A DNA stretch of 64,000 bases, from contig CAZXMM010000001.1 in the NCBI GenBank assembly GCA_964641255.1, forward strand, positions 809,890-873,889, written 5' to 3'. Each line of letters starts with the position of its first letter. Position 1 is the first letter of the stretch. This DNA comes from an uncultured Gammaproteobacteria bacterium (GTDB lineage Bacteria; Patescibacteriota; Microgenomatia; JAMCZE01). The position numbers and the translations under genes were made by a program. The notes beneath the pieces are model-generated. The model made no database searches. It was given only the letters and a program-made list of their open reading frames with translations, and was not told the DNA's origin. Shown piece after piece: positions 1 to 8,930 of the stretch.

Positions 1-417
1 CTGCCCCAAATAACAACCCGCATAGCCAATGACAGCTCCGGTCGCAAAAGCGAGAGCAAAAATATCCAGGGTTTCCAAAACTGATAGTTTTGCCAAAGCT
101 GAAAAAATAATGGCCACGGCAATCCCACCGGCCACCCCCGCTTCCATAGAAAGTCCGGGGTATTTAATGAAAAGTAGAGCTCGGGCCGGATCCAGGCGAA
201 ATTGCTCTAAGTGAGTAAGAACATAGCCGATTCTAGCTGCCAACAGAGCGAAAAAGCCGGTAGTGATAATAGCGTCAAGGTATTTTTCCTCGACCAGTCC
301 GCGGCGCCTCGCCTGCTTCCACACCATAAAACTAATGACAAAAAACCCCAGAGCCAGAGACAGTCCAAAAGTGTAAACATTTAACCTAGAGATTGCAAAG
401 ATAAGAGGAGGTAGCAT
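1..417 (-). CDS. lgt: Prolipoprotein diacylglyceryl transferase, N-terminal part (gene continues beyond window start)
   Basis: My own reverse-strand translation from ATG at 417..415 gives MLPPLIFAISRLNVYTFGLSLALGFFVISFMVWKQARRRGL...ARIGYVLTHLEQF..GLSMEAGVAGGIAVAIIFS. This matches the Lgt signature region (RIGYVL, HGG-like motif). No stop in window, so not in the ORF track. Confidence 0.6.
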   Translation of the reverse strand, partial: MLPPLIFAISRLNVYTFGLSLALGFFVISFMVWKQARRRGLVEEKYLDAIITTGFFALLAARIGYVLTHLEQFRLDPARALLFIKYPGLSMEAGVAGGIAVAIIFSALAKLSVLETLDIFALAFATGAVIGYAGCYLGQ

Positions 418-458
418 AATTTGATATCTATTATCCCCTAGCAGCAGGGTAACTGCAA

Positions 459-1775
459 TTAGTGGGTCGGGATCTCACTTTCTAAACGCTCCAGCCGACG
501 TAGGATCTGTCGATTAAAAATGGCAATTACAAATAGTATTCCACCCAGAATAAGAAGCACGCTGCGGACACCAAAAGTATCCGCGATCGCTCCAGCGGCT
601 AACACTGGCACAATACTGCCTCCACCACTAAATGTTCCCACTACCCCATAAACCCGACTGCGAATAGTAAGGGGGGTATTTTCTTGGATAATAGTATTAA
701 TAGGTACATCCAAAAAAGCATTGCCCAGTCCTAAAGCCGCCAAAACCGCAATACCAACTAAAGCTGTGGGTAAATGAAGAGCAACCGCTAGAGAATCGGT
801 AGCAGCTAGTACAAGAATCGTCAGGGCGGCGGCGATAAAACCAGATTCGATAAGTCGCTCCTTTTTTATTTTAGTGAAAAACGAGCCGATCAAAATTGCC
901 CCAACAATCATTCCCAAAGCAGCTGGAGCCATTACTACCAGTGATACTTCAACTACTTTCACTCCCAGGAGGGTCGTGGCGATTCCGGGGGCAATGGCCG
1001 ATAAAGTGCCGACAATAATTTGGGCAATAGCCATGAGAATAATGCCGTGGCGGACCAAGTGGTGGTCGTTAACAAATTTTAGTCCTTCAAAAAATTCGGC
1101 AAATAACTCCCGCCTTGACAGCCGCGGCAAGGTTTGGGAGTTGAAATGACGGTAAGTTGTGACTATGTCCCTGGCCCATTGTCTGATCGTAACTCCTGGT
1201 AACTGGGCACTAGAGAAAGCCGCCGCTAAAAAAGCCAGAGAAACAAAAACCAAAGTCCAGTGAAAACCGACTAACTGCAAAATAGGTCCAGCGAGAACAT
1301 TGCCCACGATGATCGAAGCAAAAAAAGTTAATGAAAATAGGCTGTTGGCACCAATGAGGATTCTCTTGTCTTTAACAACTTCATAGATCGTAGCTGCCTC
1401 AGCTGGAACAAAAAACTGAGTAATAATTGAGATCAAAATAGTGAGCGTATAAATCCAAGGCAGCGATTCTGACGATAGCAAAAAAGCAATCACTGCGACA
1501 AAACGTAAAAAATGTGAGAGAAACATAACTATCTTCCGATCCCAGCGGTCGACAAAAACTCCAGCAATCGCCCCTAAGAAAAAGTTGGGGACAGAAATGG
1601 TCAATACTAAAATCGAGACGGCAACATTGCTGTTAGTTAGTTCGTAAATCCGAATAATGAGAGCAAAAACCAGGAGATTGAGAAAAACTTGGGAGATCAC
1701 CTGAGAAAACCACAAATTACGGAAGGGGGCAAGGCACAGAACTTGGATGAAAGCGTTTTCTCGGTGATTGAGCAC
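459..1775 (-). CDS. MFS family transporter (GTG start)
   Basis: 438 aa, about 12 predicted TM helices, MFS-like N-terminus (FRNLWFSQVIS). Start codon at 1775..1773 is GTG (revcomp of cac). Confidence 0.75.
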   Translation of the reverse strand: MLNHRENAFIQVLCLAPFRNLWFSQVISQVFLNLLVFALIIRIYELTNSNVAVSILVLTISVPNFFLGAIAGVFVDRWDRKIVMFLSHFLRFVAVIAFLLSSESLPWIYTLTILISIITQFFVPAEAATIYEVVKDKRILIGANSLFSLTFFASIIVGNVLAGPILQLVGFHWTLVFVSLAFLAAAFSSAQLPGVTIRQWARDIVTTYRHFNSQTLPRLSRRELFAEFFEGLKFVNDHHLVRHGIILMAIAQIIVGTLSAIAPGIATTLLGVKVVEVSLVVMAPAALGMIVGAILIGSFFTKIKKERLIESGFIAAALTILVLAATDSLAVALHLPTALVGIAVLAALGLGNAFLDVPINTIIQENTPLTIRSRVYGVVGTFSGGGSIVPVLAAGAIADTFGVRSVLLILGGILFVIAIFNRQILRRLERLESEIPTH

Positions 1776-1824
1776 GCTTTTGATTGTATCACGAAATATT
1801 TCTGGTATACTACATTCCCAAGCT

Positions 1825-2286
1825 ATGACAGCAACTGTTCATGCCCTCGTAGGAGCTAGCATCGCAAGTAAGCTTACTGACCCAACTATTTCGCTGCCTA
1901 TTATCTTTGTTTCCCACTTCCTTTTGGATAAGATTCCCCATTGGGATCCGCTAACCAATAAAGCCAGCAAGTCCTTTGATCGGATAATTATTGAGATAGT
2001 GATCGATTACTTAGTCGGCTACACTCTAGTTATTCTATTTTACGGGATTCTCTTCCCTAGTCCGACTCTACCCTACTTATTACTCGCTGCTTTTATTTCT
2101 CAATTACCCGACACACTCGAAGGGCCCTACATATTAACTAGGAAGCACTTTCCTTTTTTTTATCAGATTTACCAGGTGCAACACTGGTTTCACGACGTAC
2201 TTTATAACGCTAGGCTAGGTGTTCCTTGGGGGGTAGTCACCCAGGTAGTGGTCGCAGCAATATTTCTCTTCTGGGGACTGACTTAA
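1825..2286 (+). CDS. Hypothetical integral membrane protein
   Basis: The track ORF 1768..2286 overlaps the divergent MFS gene. The first ATG is at 1825 (MTATVHALVGASIA...). Hydrophobic with several TM segments; no recognisable motif. Confidence 0.4.
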   Translation: MTATVHALVGASIASKLTDPTISLPIIFVSHFLLDKIPHWDPLTNKASKSFDRIIIEIVIDYLVGYTLVILFYGILFPSPTLPYLLLAAFISQLPDTLEGPYILTRKHFPFFYQIYQVQHWFHDVLYNARLGVPWGVVTQVVVAAIFLFWGLT

Positions 2287-2856
2287 CTACTTAGCTCGCT
2301 CGGAGTACTCGCCAGTTTCGGTATTTACGACTATTTTGGCTCCCACCTCTACAAACAGCGGCACCTTAACCCTTGCACCTGTATCAATGGTAGCCTCCTT
2401 AAAAACGTTAGACACAGTGTTGCCCTTAACTCCCGGATCAGTCTCAGTTACCGTAAAGGTCATTTTTAAGGGTAGAACGATCGAGAGTGGTTTTCCCTCA
2501 AAAAATTTCAAGTCAACTTCGGTCCCCTCTTGTAGGAACTGGCCTTGTTCTGTTAATAGTTCCCCTGGAACCTCAAATTGTTCAAAAGAGAGAGGGTCCA
2601 TAAACACATAATTTGATCCATCGTTATAGAGGAACTGGCCTTTTCTTTTTTCCAGAATGATGTCTTGAACCCGAGAACCATTGGTAAAACTATGGATAAT
2701 GATCGTCCCGTTTTTCAGATTCTTGATCTTGACCTTGATAGTAGCCGACCCCCGACCGGTTTTAACATGCTCATATTTCATCACCACCCAGGGACCGCTA
2801 CTAATTTGGGTGTCTTCAAAAACGGTACCAGCTCGTAGCTGTGTCACTTCTAACAT
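2287..2856 (-). CDS. efp: Elongation factor P
   Basis: MLEVTQLRAGTVFEDTQ..GPWVVMKYEHVKTGRGSATIKVKIKNL matches the EF-P KOW/OB fold. I verified an ATG at 2856..2854. The longer 220-aa track ORF would run through the tRNA-Leu, so the internal start is used. Confidence 0.9.
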   Translation of the reverse strand: MLEVTQLRAGTVFEDTQISSGPWVVMKYEHVKTGRGSATIKVKIKNLKNGTIIIHSFTNGSRVQDIILEKRKGQFLYNDGSNYVFMDPLSFEQFEVPGELLTEQGQFLQEGTEVDLKFFEGKPLSIVLPLKMTFTVTETDPGVKGNTVSNVFKEATIDTGARVKVPLFVEVGAKIVVNTETGEYSERAK

Positions 2857-2913
2857 ACAAGTTCGAATTGTAGCATGGTAGAATAGGCTTGCAAAGAACG
2901 AGGGTTTTGGGTA

Positions 2914-2996
2914 GCCGAAGTGGTGGAATGGTATACACGCACGACTCAAAATCGTGTCCCGTCACTGGGATGAGGGTTCGATCCCCTCCTTCGGCA
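2914..2996 (+). tRNA. tRNA-Leu (anticodon CAA)
   Basis: GCCGAAG...CTTCGGC forms a 7-bp acceptor stem with discriminator A at 2996. Anticodon stem ACGA/TCGT with loop CTCAAAA (anticodon CAA). Long variable arm (tcccgtcactgggatgag), typical of class II Leu tRNA. T-arm GGGTTCGATCCCC. CCA is not encoded. Confidence 0.75.
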
Positions 2997-3006
2997 CAAG
3001 TCATTG

Positions 3007-3702
3007 TTACGGGGTTAAATCAGACTGTTCCCATTTTTTATGGTAGTGTCTAAGCCCCATCGACACGAGCACCATACCCCCGGCGGCAAGGTTTAAAGCA
3101 ACTATTCCCAGAGTGAAGTTTTCAAACCGGGTCAGGATAAAATAGTAGATGAGTCCACTAGGGATACCACCAATAATATTAACAAGAGCAAATTGTCTGT
3201 AGGACATCTCGGTCAACCCGAGGGCATAGGAAAAATAGTCAAATTGGCCGCCTTGAAAAATTTTCAAAATCCACGCTGCCTCGATACCTACGTCACTGGC
3301 AATACTAGCAACTTTGTCTACTCCCCCCTTGCCAATTAGGCGCCCCAAGAAGTTTTTGCCGTAGCGCTTGGCCAGGTAAAAATTAACAAAAAACGCTGGA
3401 GTAGTCACCAGATAAGACAGAATCCCAGCTTGCAGTGGGCCCACTACCGCAATCAGAGCTATCCACACAAAGGCCCCCCCTAAGGGGGCAATCACTACGG
3501 CAAGGAACTGAATAATGACGTAGGCCACTATAAAGGAGGGGCCAACGGCGGTTAAGGAGCGACTAACTAGTTCGGGATTTGCTAGTACCGTAATTTGCAA
3601 AACAAACGAGAACCCAATAGTAAAAATTACGGGCGCTCCAATGACCAGCCACTGTCGAAGCTTAGTTAACAGGCTGTCGTGAAAAGCATTATTCTTTGGC
3701 AT
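3007..3702 (-). CDS. DedA/TVP38/TMEM64 family membrane protein
   Basis: Multi-TM protein with the conserved ..FLAKRYGKNFLGRLIG.. region typical of the SNARE-associated/DedA family. ATG at 3702..3700 chosen (MPKNNAF...) to avoid a deep overlap with the dnaB end. Confidence 0.65.
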   Translation of the reverse strand: MPKNNAFHDSLLTKLRQWLVIGAPVIFTIGFSFVLQITVLANPELVSRSLTAVGPSFIVAYVIIQFLAVVIAPLGGAFVWIALIAVVGPLQAGILSYLVTTPAFFVNFYLAKRYGKNFLGRLIGKGGVDKVASIASDVGIEAAWILKIFQGGQFDYFSYALGLTEMSYRQFALVNIIGGIPSGLIYYFILTRFENFTLGIVALNLAAGGMVLVSMGLRHYHKKWEQSDLTP

Positions 3703-5038
3703 CGTCGCTTGAAGATTGCCTCGCCACCGCCCGGAATTGCTGTTTAGGTCCATGAAGCATTAGATTGATTTCCGTTAAGGCGCCGTTGCGGTGCTTATCA
3801 ATAGAGAGAATGGTAGGAATTTTATCTGATGGCGCCATATCTTTATTTTCTTCCGGGCGATAAATAAACATGACCACGTCAGCATCCTGCTCAATAGATC
3901 CCGATTCTCTTAGATCCGCTAGCTGGGGCTTTTTACTGCCCCGGGACTCTACCTGACGATTCAGCTGGGAAGCGGCGATAACCGGTACCTTTAGTTCCCG
4001 AGCTAAATTCTTGAGGGAGGAAGAGATAAGTGACACTTCCTGCACCCGACTTTCAAACGTCCGCCCCGCATTAACTAGCTGGAGATAGTCCACAATGATT
4101 AGTTTTAAGCCGTGCTCAAGCTGCATCCGTCTCGCTTTGGTTCTAATTTCCATGAGCGAAATTCCGGGAGTGTCATCAATAAAAAATGGCGCATCGGCCA
4201 TTACTCCCATCGCCTCTTGAATTTTGTCATAGTCGTCATCGTCCAGTTTCCCAGTTTTGAGTTTCCAAGCATCGACCCCTGATTGTGAGACCACCAAGCG
4301 ATTACCAAGCTCCTCAATGCTCATTTCCAGAGAAAAGAAACACACGGGAAGCTTTTCCTTAACGGCGATGTTGCGGCAGAAATCAAGAAGCAGCGTAGTT
4401 TTACCCACTCCCGGCCGAGCTGCGAGAATAATTAAGTTAGAATCTTGAAAACCAGCTAGAGCGCTGTCCAGATCCCGAAAGCCGCTCGGGATCCCACTCA
4501 TCCCTCCACCCCGCTTTTGGATTTCATCTAGTCGGTCAAAAGTCTGGGCTAACACCTCTTTGAGCGGCACTACATTGCGTGACACGTTAGCTTGGGAGAT
4601 TGAAAATACCCGACTCTCGGCGTCGTCTAAAACATCAGCCAGCTTTTTAGTCGAATCAAAAGCCATTTCGGCCATGAGAGCCGAGGCGCGAATAAGCTCC
4701 CGCTTGGCGTGCAGTTCCCGAACAATTTGTCCGTAGTGCTCGATATGGGCTGCAGTCGGAACCACCCCAGTAAGCTCGGCGAGATAACCAGAACCCCCAA
4801 CGTCTTTAAAGTTTTTCGTGGCCTTAAGCTTTTCCGCCAGAGTGAGTAAATCAATAGGCTTGCGCTCTTCGTACAAGCTCAGCATGGCAGAGAAGATGGC
4901 TCCGTGCCGCTCATCATAAAAATGTTCGGTCCGTAAAAACCCCGCTACTTCGACAATGGCGTTCTTGTCGATCATAATAGCGCCCAAAACTGATTGCTCA
5001 GCTTCAAGACTGTGTGGCGGCAACTTTTTGTCAACCAT
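3689..5038 (-). CDS. dnaB: Replicative DNA helicase DnaB
   Basis: N-terminus MVDKKLPPHSLEAEQSVLGAIMID. Walker A GVGKTT. RecA-like C-terminal domain (IIVDYLQL). ATG verified at 5038..5036; the longer track form starts at TTG. Confidence 0.9.
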   Translation of the reverse strand: MVDKKLPPHSLEAEQSVLGAIMIDKNAIVEVAGFLRTEHFYDERHGAIFSAMLSLYEERKPIDLLTLAEKLKATKNFKDVGGSGYLAELTGVVPTAAHIEHYGQIVRELHAKRELIRASALMAEMAFDSTKKLADVLDDAESRVFSISQANVSRNVVPLKEVLAQTFDRLDEIQKRGGGMSGIPSGFRDLDSALAGFQDSNLIILAARPGVGKTTLLLDFCRNIAVKEKLPVCFFSLEMSIEELGNRLVVSQSGVDAWKLKTGKLDDDDYDKIQEAMGVMADAPFFIDDTPGISLMEIRTKARRMQLEHGLKLIIVDYLQLVNAGRTFESRVQEVSLISSSLKNLARELKVPVIAASQLNRQVESRGSKKPQLADLRESGSIEQDADVVMFIYRPEENKDMAPSDKIPTILSIDKHRNGALTEINLMLHGPKQQFRAVARQSSSDDAKE

Positions 5039-5045
5039 TGTAGAA

Positions 5046-5714
5046 CTATTCCAAAACAACCACGGTGGTGGTTTCCGGCAGCTTATCTTTAGAAGTAGAG
5101 TATTTACTCTCCGCTGTCACTCCTTCGGCGCCCATTTCTTTAAGAAATAAATTAACAGGGGCTAATTTCTCAGCTAGCTCCAAAGTCAGCCCCGCCCGAC
5201 TGTAGTGCATGGGGATGACTACTACTGGCTCAATCTGGGCTACCACTGCTGCCGCCGCCTTAGCATCAATAGTGAACACTCCACCTACTGGAATAAAAAG
5301 GATGTCCACTGAACCAATCTCTTCCAGTTGACTGTCAGCTAGTTTGTGACCCAGGTCTCCCAAGTGACACACCCGAATACCGTCAATATTAAAAACGTAA
5401 ATCGTGTTTTTGCCCCGGTCAGCCCCCAGATTGTTGTCATGAAAAGCGGGAATACCCAGGATGGTCACTTCTTTAATTTCATACTCTCCCGGACCACTAA
5501 CTGTGAAGGGTCTAGTCTCTCCGGCGCTGGCTTTTTCCAGGACAGCTTCAGTCGCGTTATGATCGGGATGGTCATGAGAAACGGTAATAATATCAACCGC
5601 GTCCAATTTGGGGAATTTAAGTCCCACCACACTGGAAGCGAAGGGATCAGTCACTACAGTAGCGCTTTTCCCTTTTATTCTAAAACTGGCATGTCCCAAG
5701 GGATAAATATCCAT
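5046..5714 (-). CDS. Metallo-beta-lactamase fold hydrolase
   Basis: SHDHPDH metal-binding motif (HxHxDH). ATG at 5714..5712 (MDIYPLGHASF...). Confidence 0.75.
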   Translation of the reverse strand: MDIYPLGHASFRIKGKSATVVTDPFASSVVGLKFPKLDAVDIITVSHDHPDHNATEAVLEKASAGETRPFTVSGPGEYEIKEVTILGIPAFHDNNLGADRGKNTIYVFNIDGIRVCHLGDLGHKLADSQLEEIGSVDILFIPVGGVFTIDAKAAAAVVAQIEPVVVIPMHYSRAGLTLELAEKLAPVNLFLKEMGAEGVTAESKYSTSKDKLPETTTVVVLE

Positions 5715-5800
5715 AGCTAAGTTGTATCTTAATCGCACACCACTAAGTTTGACAAGGTGATGAACTGTATCATAGAATGGCCAAGCTCTAACAACACTCG

Positions 5801-6244
5801 ATGAACCGAGAAAAAATTATTACTATTCTTATTGGGCTAATCGTCGGCGCGGCAATCGCCGGTGGCTATTTCTACTGGACTAGAATTCTCCCCCACCAAC
5901 AAACAAAATCTCCAAAAACTGTCGATAAGTTGACTCAACCACCCAGAAAAAATGAGGCCAATACTAAGGCCGACCAATCTGCCGCTCTCACTCTTTCCTC
6001 TCCCCAAGATAACAGTAGCACCGAACAGAGCAGTATAACCCTTAGTGGTCGCGCTCCAGCTAATTCCCGACTGGTAGTTTTTGGTAACGCCGACGAAAAG
6101 ATAGCCTCAGCTAGTGCGGATGGTAGCTTCGAAATTAGTCTCAAACTTGAAGTCGGGCTCAATGTTATTTCCGTCACCGCTTTTGAACCAAGTGGCACCA
6201 GACATACGGTACAAAGAAATGTTACGCTTGAAGCTAGTCAGTAA
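5801..6244 (+). CDS. Hypothetical membrane-anchored secreted protein
   Basis: N-terminal TM helix (IITILIGLIVGAAIAGGYFYW) followed by a Ser/Thr/Gln-rich extracellular segment. Confidence 0.4.
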   Translation: MNREKIITILIGLIVGAAIAGGYFYWTRILPHQQTKSPKTVDKLTQPPRKNEANTKADQSAALTLSSPQDNSSTEQSSITLSGRAPANSRLVVFGNADEKIASASADGSFEISLKLEVGLNVISVTAFEPSGTRHTVQRNVTLEASQ

Positions 6245-6250
6245 AAAAAT

Positions 6251-6919
6251 ATGAAGTATTTATTGGTTGTCATTTACGCGGTAATTATTGCTACACTTGT
6301 CGCCACTCCTGTCCTAGCAGTGACCGCCACTGCGCCGGCGCAGATTGCCACTCCGGCGGCTGACTTGGATCCGGTGAGCAAAGATTTAGTGGACCGAGTT
6401 AACAAAATTGTGGAGCAAAATACCAATTTACGCCGCACTTACAGTGGTCCGGTTAAATCAGTCGGCACCGCCTCTTATGTGGTAACCACGGCGGAGGGCG
6501 ACCGAACAATAACTACCGGGGACGTGACTAGTTTTTACCGGTTTAGAGCCAACAAAACTACTGAAGTAAATTTTGCCGCCATTAAAAAAGGTGAGGACGT
6601 GGTGGCCATTGGTACCATTGACCCGGCTACTGGGGAGATGACGGCCAAGGAAGTAATTGCCAAAATTGCCCGACAAAATATCGTCGGCACCATTACGGAA
6701 ACGGACGATGGGATGGCTACAATTAGTGTCGGTGCTAAATCGGTTACCGTGGACCTTAACGACGCCCTAACTCTCAAAAAGATGGACACAGCGGGGAAAA
6801 TTGTCACCGCCAAACTCGCTGATTTTAAAGCCGGAGATAATATTTTTGTTATGGCCTACGTTTCCGACCCCGATTCCAATGATCTCTCCTCCCTCAAGGC
6901 CTTGGTCTTGACAAAATAG
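6251..6919 (+). CDS. Hypothetical secreted protein (signal peptide)
   Basis: MKYLLVVIYAVIIATLVATPVLAVTA is a signal-peptide-like N-terminus. No recognised domain. Confidence 0.4.
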   Translation: MKYLLVVIYAVIIATLVATPVLAVTATAPAQIATPAADLDPVSKDLVDRVNKIVEQNTNLRRTYSGPVKSVGTASYVVTTAEGDRTITTGDVTSFYRFRANKTTEVNFAAIKKGEDVVAIGTIDPATGEMTAKEVIAKIARQNIVGTITETDDGMATISVGAKSVTVDLNDALTLKKMDTAGKIVTAKLADFKAGDNIFVMAYVSDPDSNDLSSLKALVLTK

Positions 6920-6943
6920 TGAGAAAAATGTTAGACTTTTCTC
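6908..6943 (+). promoter_or_regulatory. Candidate promoter plus inverted-repeat operator of the yefM-relE module
   Basis: TTGACA at 6908-6913, 17-nt spacer, TTAGAC at 6931-6936. A perfect 7-bp inverted repeat GAGAAAA (6921-6927) / TTTTCTC (6937-6943) overlaps the -10 element and abuts the ATG at 6944. Confidence 0.5.
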
Positions 6944-7264
6944 ATGTTGATTCCCACCGCCAAAAATACAAGAAATATCACTGATTTTCGTAAAGATCCA
7001 GACTCTATTTTAGAGACCGTCAAAGGATCCACCGATCCTCTGTACTTGTTTCGTGGTTCTGAACCTAAAGCAGTAGTACTTGATATCGCCGAGTATATTC
7101 GCATGCATGAACAAATTGAAGATTATTTTGATAGCCTAGCCATCGCTGAATATGTTACCGATCCCCTGCGTCATCAAGGAAAGATCAGTTTGGGGGAGCT
7201 GATTGAAAAATACAACCTAAAGGTAGCTCTCCCCAAAAAGCGCAAAGCCCGCATTAATGCCTAA
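6944..7264 (+). CDS. Type II antitoxin, Phd/YefM family
   Basis: ITDFRKDPDSILETV..PLYLFRGSEPKAVVLDIAEYIRMHE is typical of Phd/YefM. 8-nt overlap with the downstream RelE-like gene. Confidence 0.8.
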   Translation: MLIPTAKNTRNITDFRKDPDSILETVKGSTDPLYLFRGSEPKAVVLDIAEYIRMHEQIEDYFDSLAIAEYVTDPLRHQGKISLGELIEKYNLKVALPKKRKARINA

Positions 7265-7514
7265 AATATTTTTTTATCCCCGAGCAGAGAAAATGTTCTC
7301 GCGATTCTCAAAGCGTGAGCAAGAAAGAATTGCTAAGACGGTGGCCCAAATGGCTATTACACCCTTTGAAAGCCTAAACATAGAAAAATTTCAAACTGGT
7401 TATGGGAAATTGTATCGAATTCGCTTAGGCAGTCTGCGGATAGTTTTTGAATTTGACTCAAAAACAGAAACAATCTATATTATTACAATTGACTACCGAG
7501 GTAACATTTATTGA
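7257..7514 (+). CDS. Type II toxin, RelE/ParE family mRNA interferase
   Basis: 85 aa. C-terminal YRIRLGSLRIVFEFDSKTETIYIITIDYRGNIY is the characteristic RelE/ParE fold signature. ATG at 7257. Confidence 0.8.
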   Translation: MPKIFFYPRAEKMFSRFSKREQERIAKTVAQMAITPFESLNIEKFQTGYGKLYRIRLGSLRIVFEFDSKTETIYIITIDYRGNIY

Positions 7515-7679
7515 CATGCCCCTTTGACGCTTCGATATCCAGACTACGCAGCATTGTCGGAAACTTCGTCCTCGGGCCCGCAACCATTACTCCACCCAAG
7601 AATTTAAGCAGAGGTCAACTAAACTTGTAAGATTCAGTAGTAGTACGATTTAAACAAGCTTGGTATCATAGAGCTGACT

Positions 7680-8930
7680 ATGGATAAAAAGATTGAACCA
7701 CGAACACTACCAGGTTTTAGGGATTTTCTGCCGGAACAACTGCGGATTAGAAAGCGCGTCATCGCGATCCTTAGTGCTGTCTTTGAAAAGTACGGCTTTG
7801 AACCTCTAGAAACGCCCACCCTGGAATATCAAGATATCCTTCTTGGTAAATATGGTGAAGAGGCGGAAAAACTCATGTACCTTTTTACTGATAACGGCGA
7901 CCGTCAGGTAGGACTACGGTATGATTTAACCGTTCCCACCGCCCGGGTACTGGCGCAGTATCAAACACTTACAAAGCCATTCAAGCGTTACCAAATCCAG
8001 TCCGTCTGGCGCAGTGATAAACCGCAAAAAGGACGCTACCGCGAATTCACCCAGTGTGATTTTGATACTTTTGGTCTAAATAGTCCCTTAGCTGACGCGG
8101 AAATCATTGCCGTAATTCAAGATGCCCTTCAGTCAATTGACTTTAAACGCTTCACTATTCGCATTAATAGTCGCCAGGTGCTCTTTAAAATCATGGAAGA
8201 AGCCGCTGTACCCCCCGACCAATATCTGCCAGCTATCCAGTCAATTGATAAGCTTGATAAAAAAAGTCAGGGTGAAGTCAAAGAAGAGCTGTCTGGCAAA
8301 GGCTTCACTAGTGAAATGATCAAGGCCATCTTTACTAACCTTAAAGGGGCTCAACCCGATAAAAACCTTGCTCAAGTTCTTGAGTATGTGAAGAAATTCC
8401 AGGTCCCTGAGGAATTTTATAGTTTTGACCCCACGCTGGCGCGCGGTCTGGATTACTACACGGGTGCTATTTTTGAAACGGTGGTCACTGAGCCCAAAAT
8501 TGGCTCGATCACTGGTGGTGGACGCTACGACAAACTCATTGGGGCTTTTGCGGGACAGGATATTCCTGCAGTAGGCACTACTCTGGGACTCGACAGGATC
8601 GTTGATGTGATAACTGAGCTAAATTTGTGGCCCAATATGCCTAAGGCCACCACCAAAGCTCTGATTACCATTTTCTCTCCCGAGCTTTTGGACGCCTCAT
8701 TAAAGATTGACAGTATTTTGTACGAGGCTAAAATTCCGGTAGAAATTTATCTTGATCCCGCCGCTAAACTCGATAAACAACTCAAATATGCCGATCAAAA
8801 AGGCATCCCCTACGCTATCATCATTGGCCCTGACGAAGCGGCAAAGAATTTGGTGACGGTGAAAAATTTAGCTAGTAAAACCCAGGTGACGATTCCGGCA
8901 GAGAATCTTCTCGATGCACTTAAAAACTAA
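7680..8930 (+). CDS. hisS: Histidyl-tRNA synthetase
   Basis: Class II aaRS motifs (FRDFLP; RYDLTVP; GGGRYD) and a C-terminal anticodon-binding domain. ATG at 7680. Confidence 0.9.
   Translation: MDKKIEPRTLPGFRDFLPEQLRIRKRVIAILSAVFEKYGFEPLETPTLEYQDILLGKYGEEAEKLMYLFTDNGDRQVGLRYDLTVPTARVLAQYQTLTKPFKRYQIQSVWRSDKPQKGRYREFTQCDFDTFGLNSPLADAEIIAVIQDALQSIDFKRFTIRINSRQVLFKIMEEAAVPPDQYLPAIQSIDKLDKKSQGEVKEELSGKGFTSEMIKAIFTNLKGAQPDKNLAQVLEYVKKFQVPEEFYSFDPTLARGLDYYTGAIFETVVTEPKIGSITGGGRYDKLIGAFAGQDIPAVGTTLGLDRIVDVITELNLWPNMPKATTKALITIFSPELLDASLKIDSILYEAKIPVEIYLDPAAKLDKQLKYADQKGIPYAIIIGPDEAAKNLVTVKNLASKTQVTIPAENLLDALKN

Noticed and set aside
874-1149. Antisense or shadow ORFs from the track inside confidently assigned genes (874-1149, 2336-2611, 2681-2881, 4257-4448, 4627-4854, 4956-5150, 5346-5720, 5935-6198, 6458-6813, 7634-7819, 8122-8319, 10045-10356, 10786-11275, 12119-12319, 12584-12790, 12989-13192, 13895-14409, 15143-15813, 18043-18405, 19640-20409, 20795-21286, 22600-22890, 23143-23493, 24318-25326, 25706-26083, 26383-26736, 28099-28524, 28656-28892, 29306-29692, 29824-30045, 30393-30884, 31398-31661, 32872-33114, 33847-34065, 34586-34801, 35173-35563, 35909-36160, 36422-36616, 37210-37464, 38862-40216, 40427-40684, 41579-41962, 42486-42839, 43048-43236, 44023-44295, 44785-45045, 46396-46853, 47208-47623, 48499-48813, 50632-50955, 51905-52105, 53451-53919, 54178-54591, 54838-55284, 55662-55853, 57216-57528, 57940-58140, 59262-59607, 60620-61455, 62832-63562)
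   Set aside because: Each overlaps a longer ORF on the other strand or frame that has clear protein-family motifs. The compositions are low-complexity or Cys/Arg/Ser-rich, typical of non-coding frames.
2287-2949. Long 220-aa form of the EF-P ORF from the track
   Set aside because: Its N-terminal extension runs through the tRNA-Leu gene (2914-2996) and is Cys/His/Phe-rich junk. A verified internal ATG at 2856 gives a canonical 189-aa EF-P.
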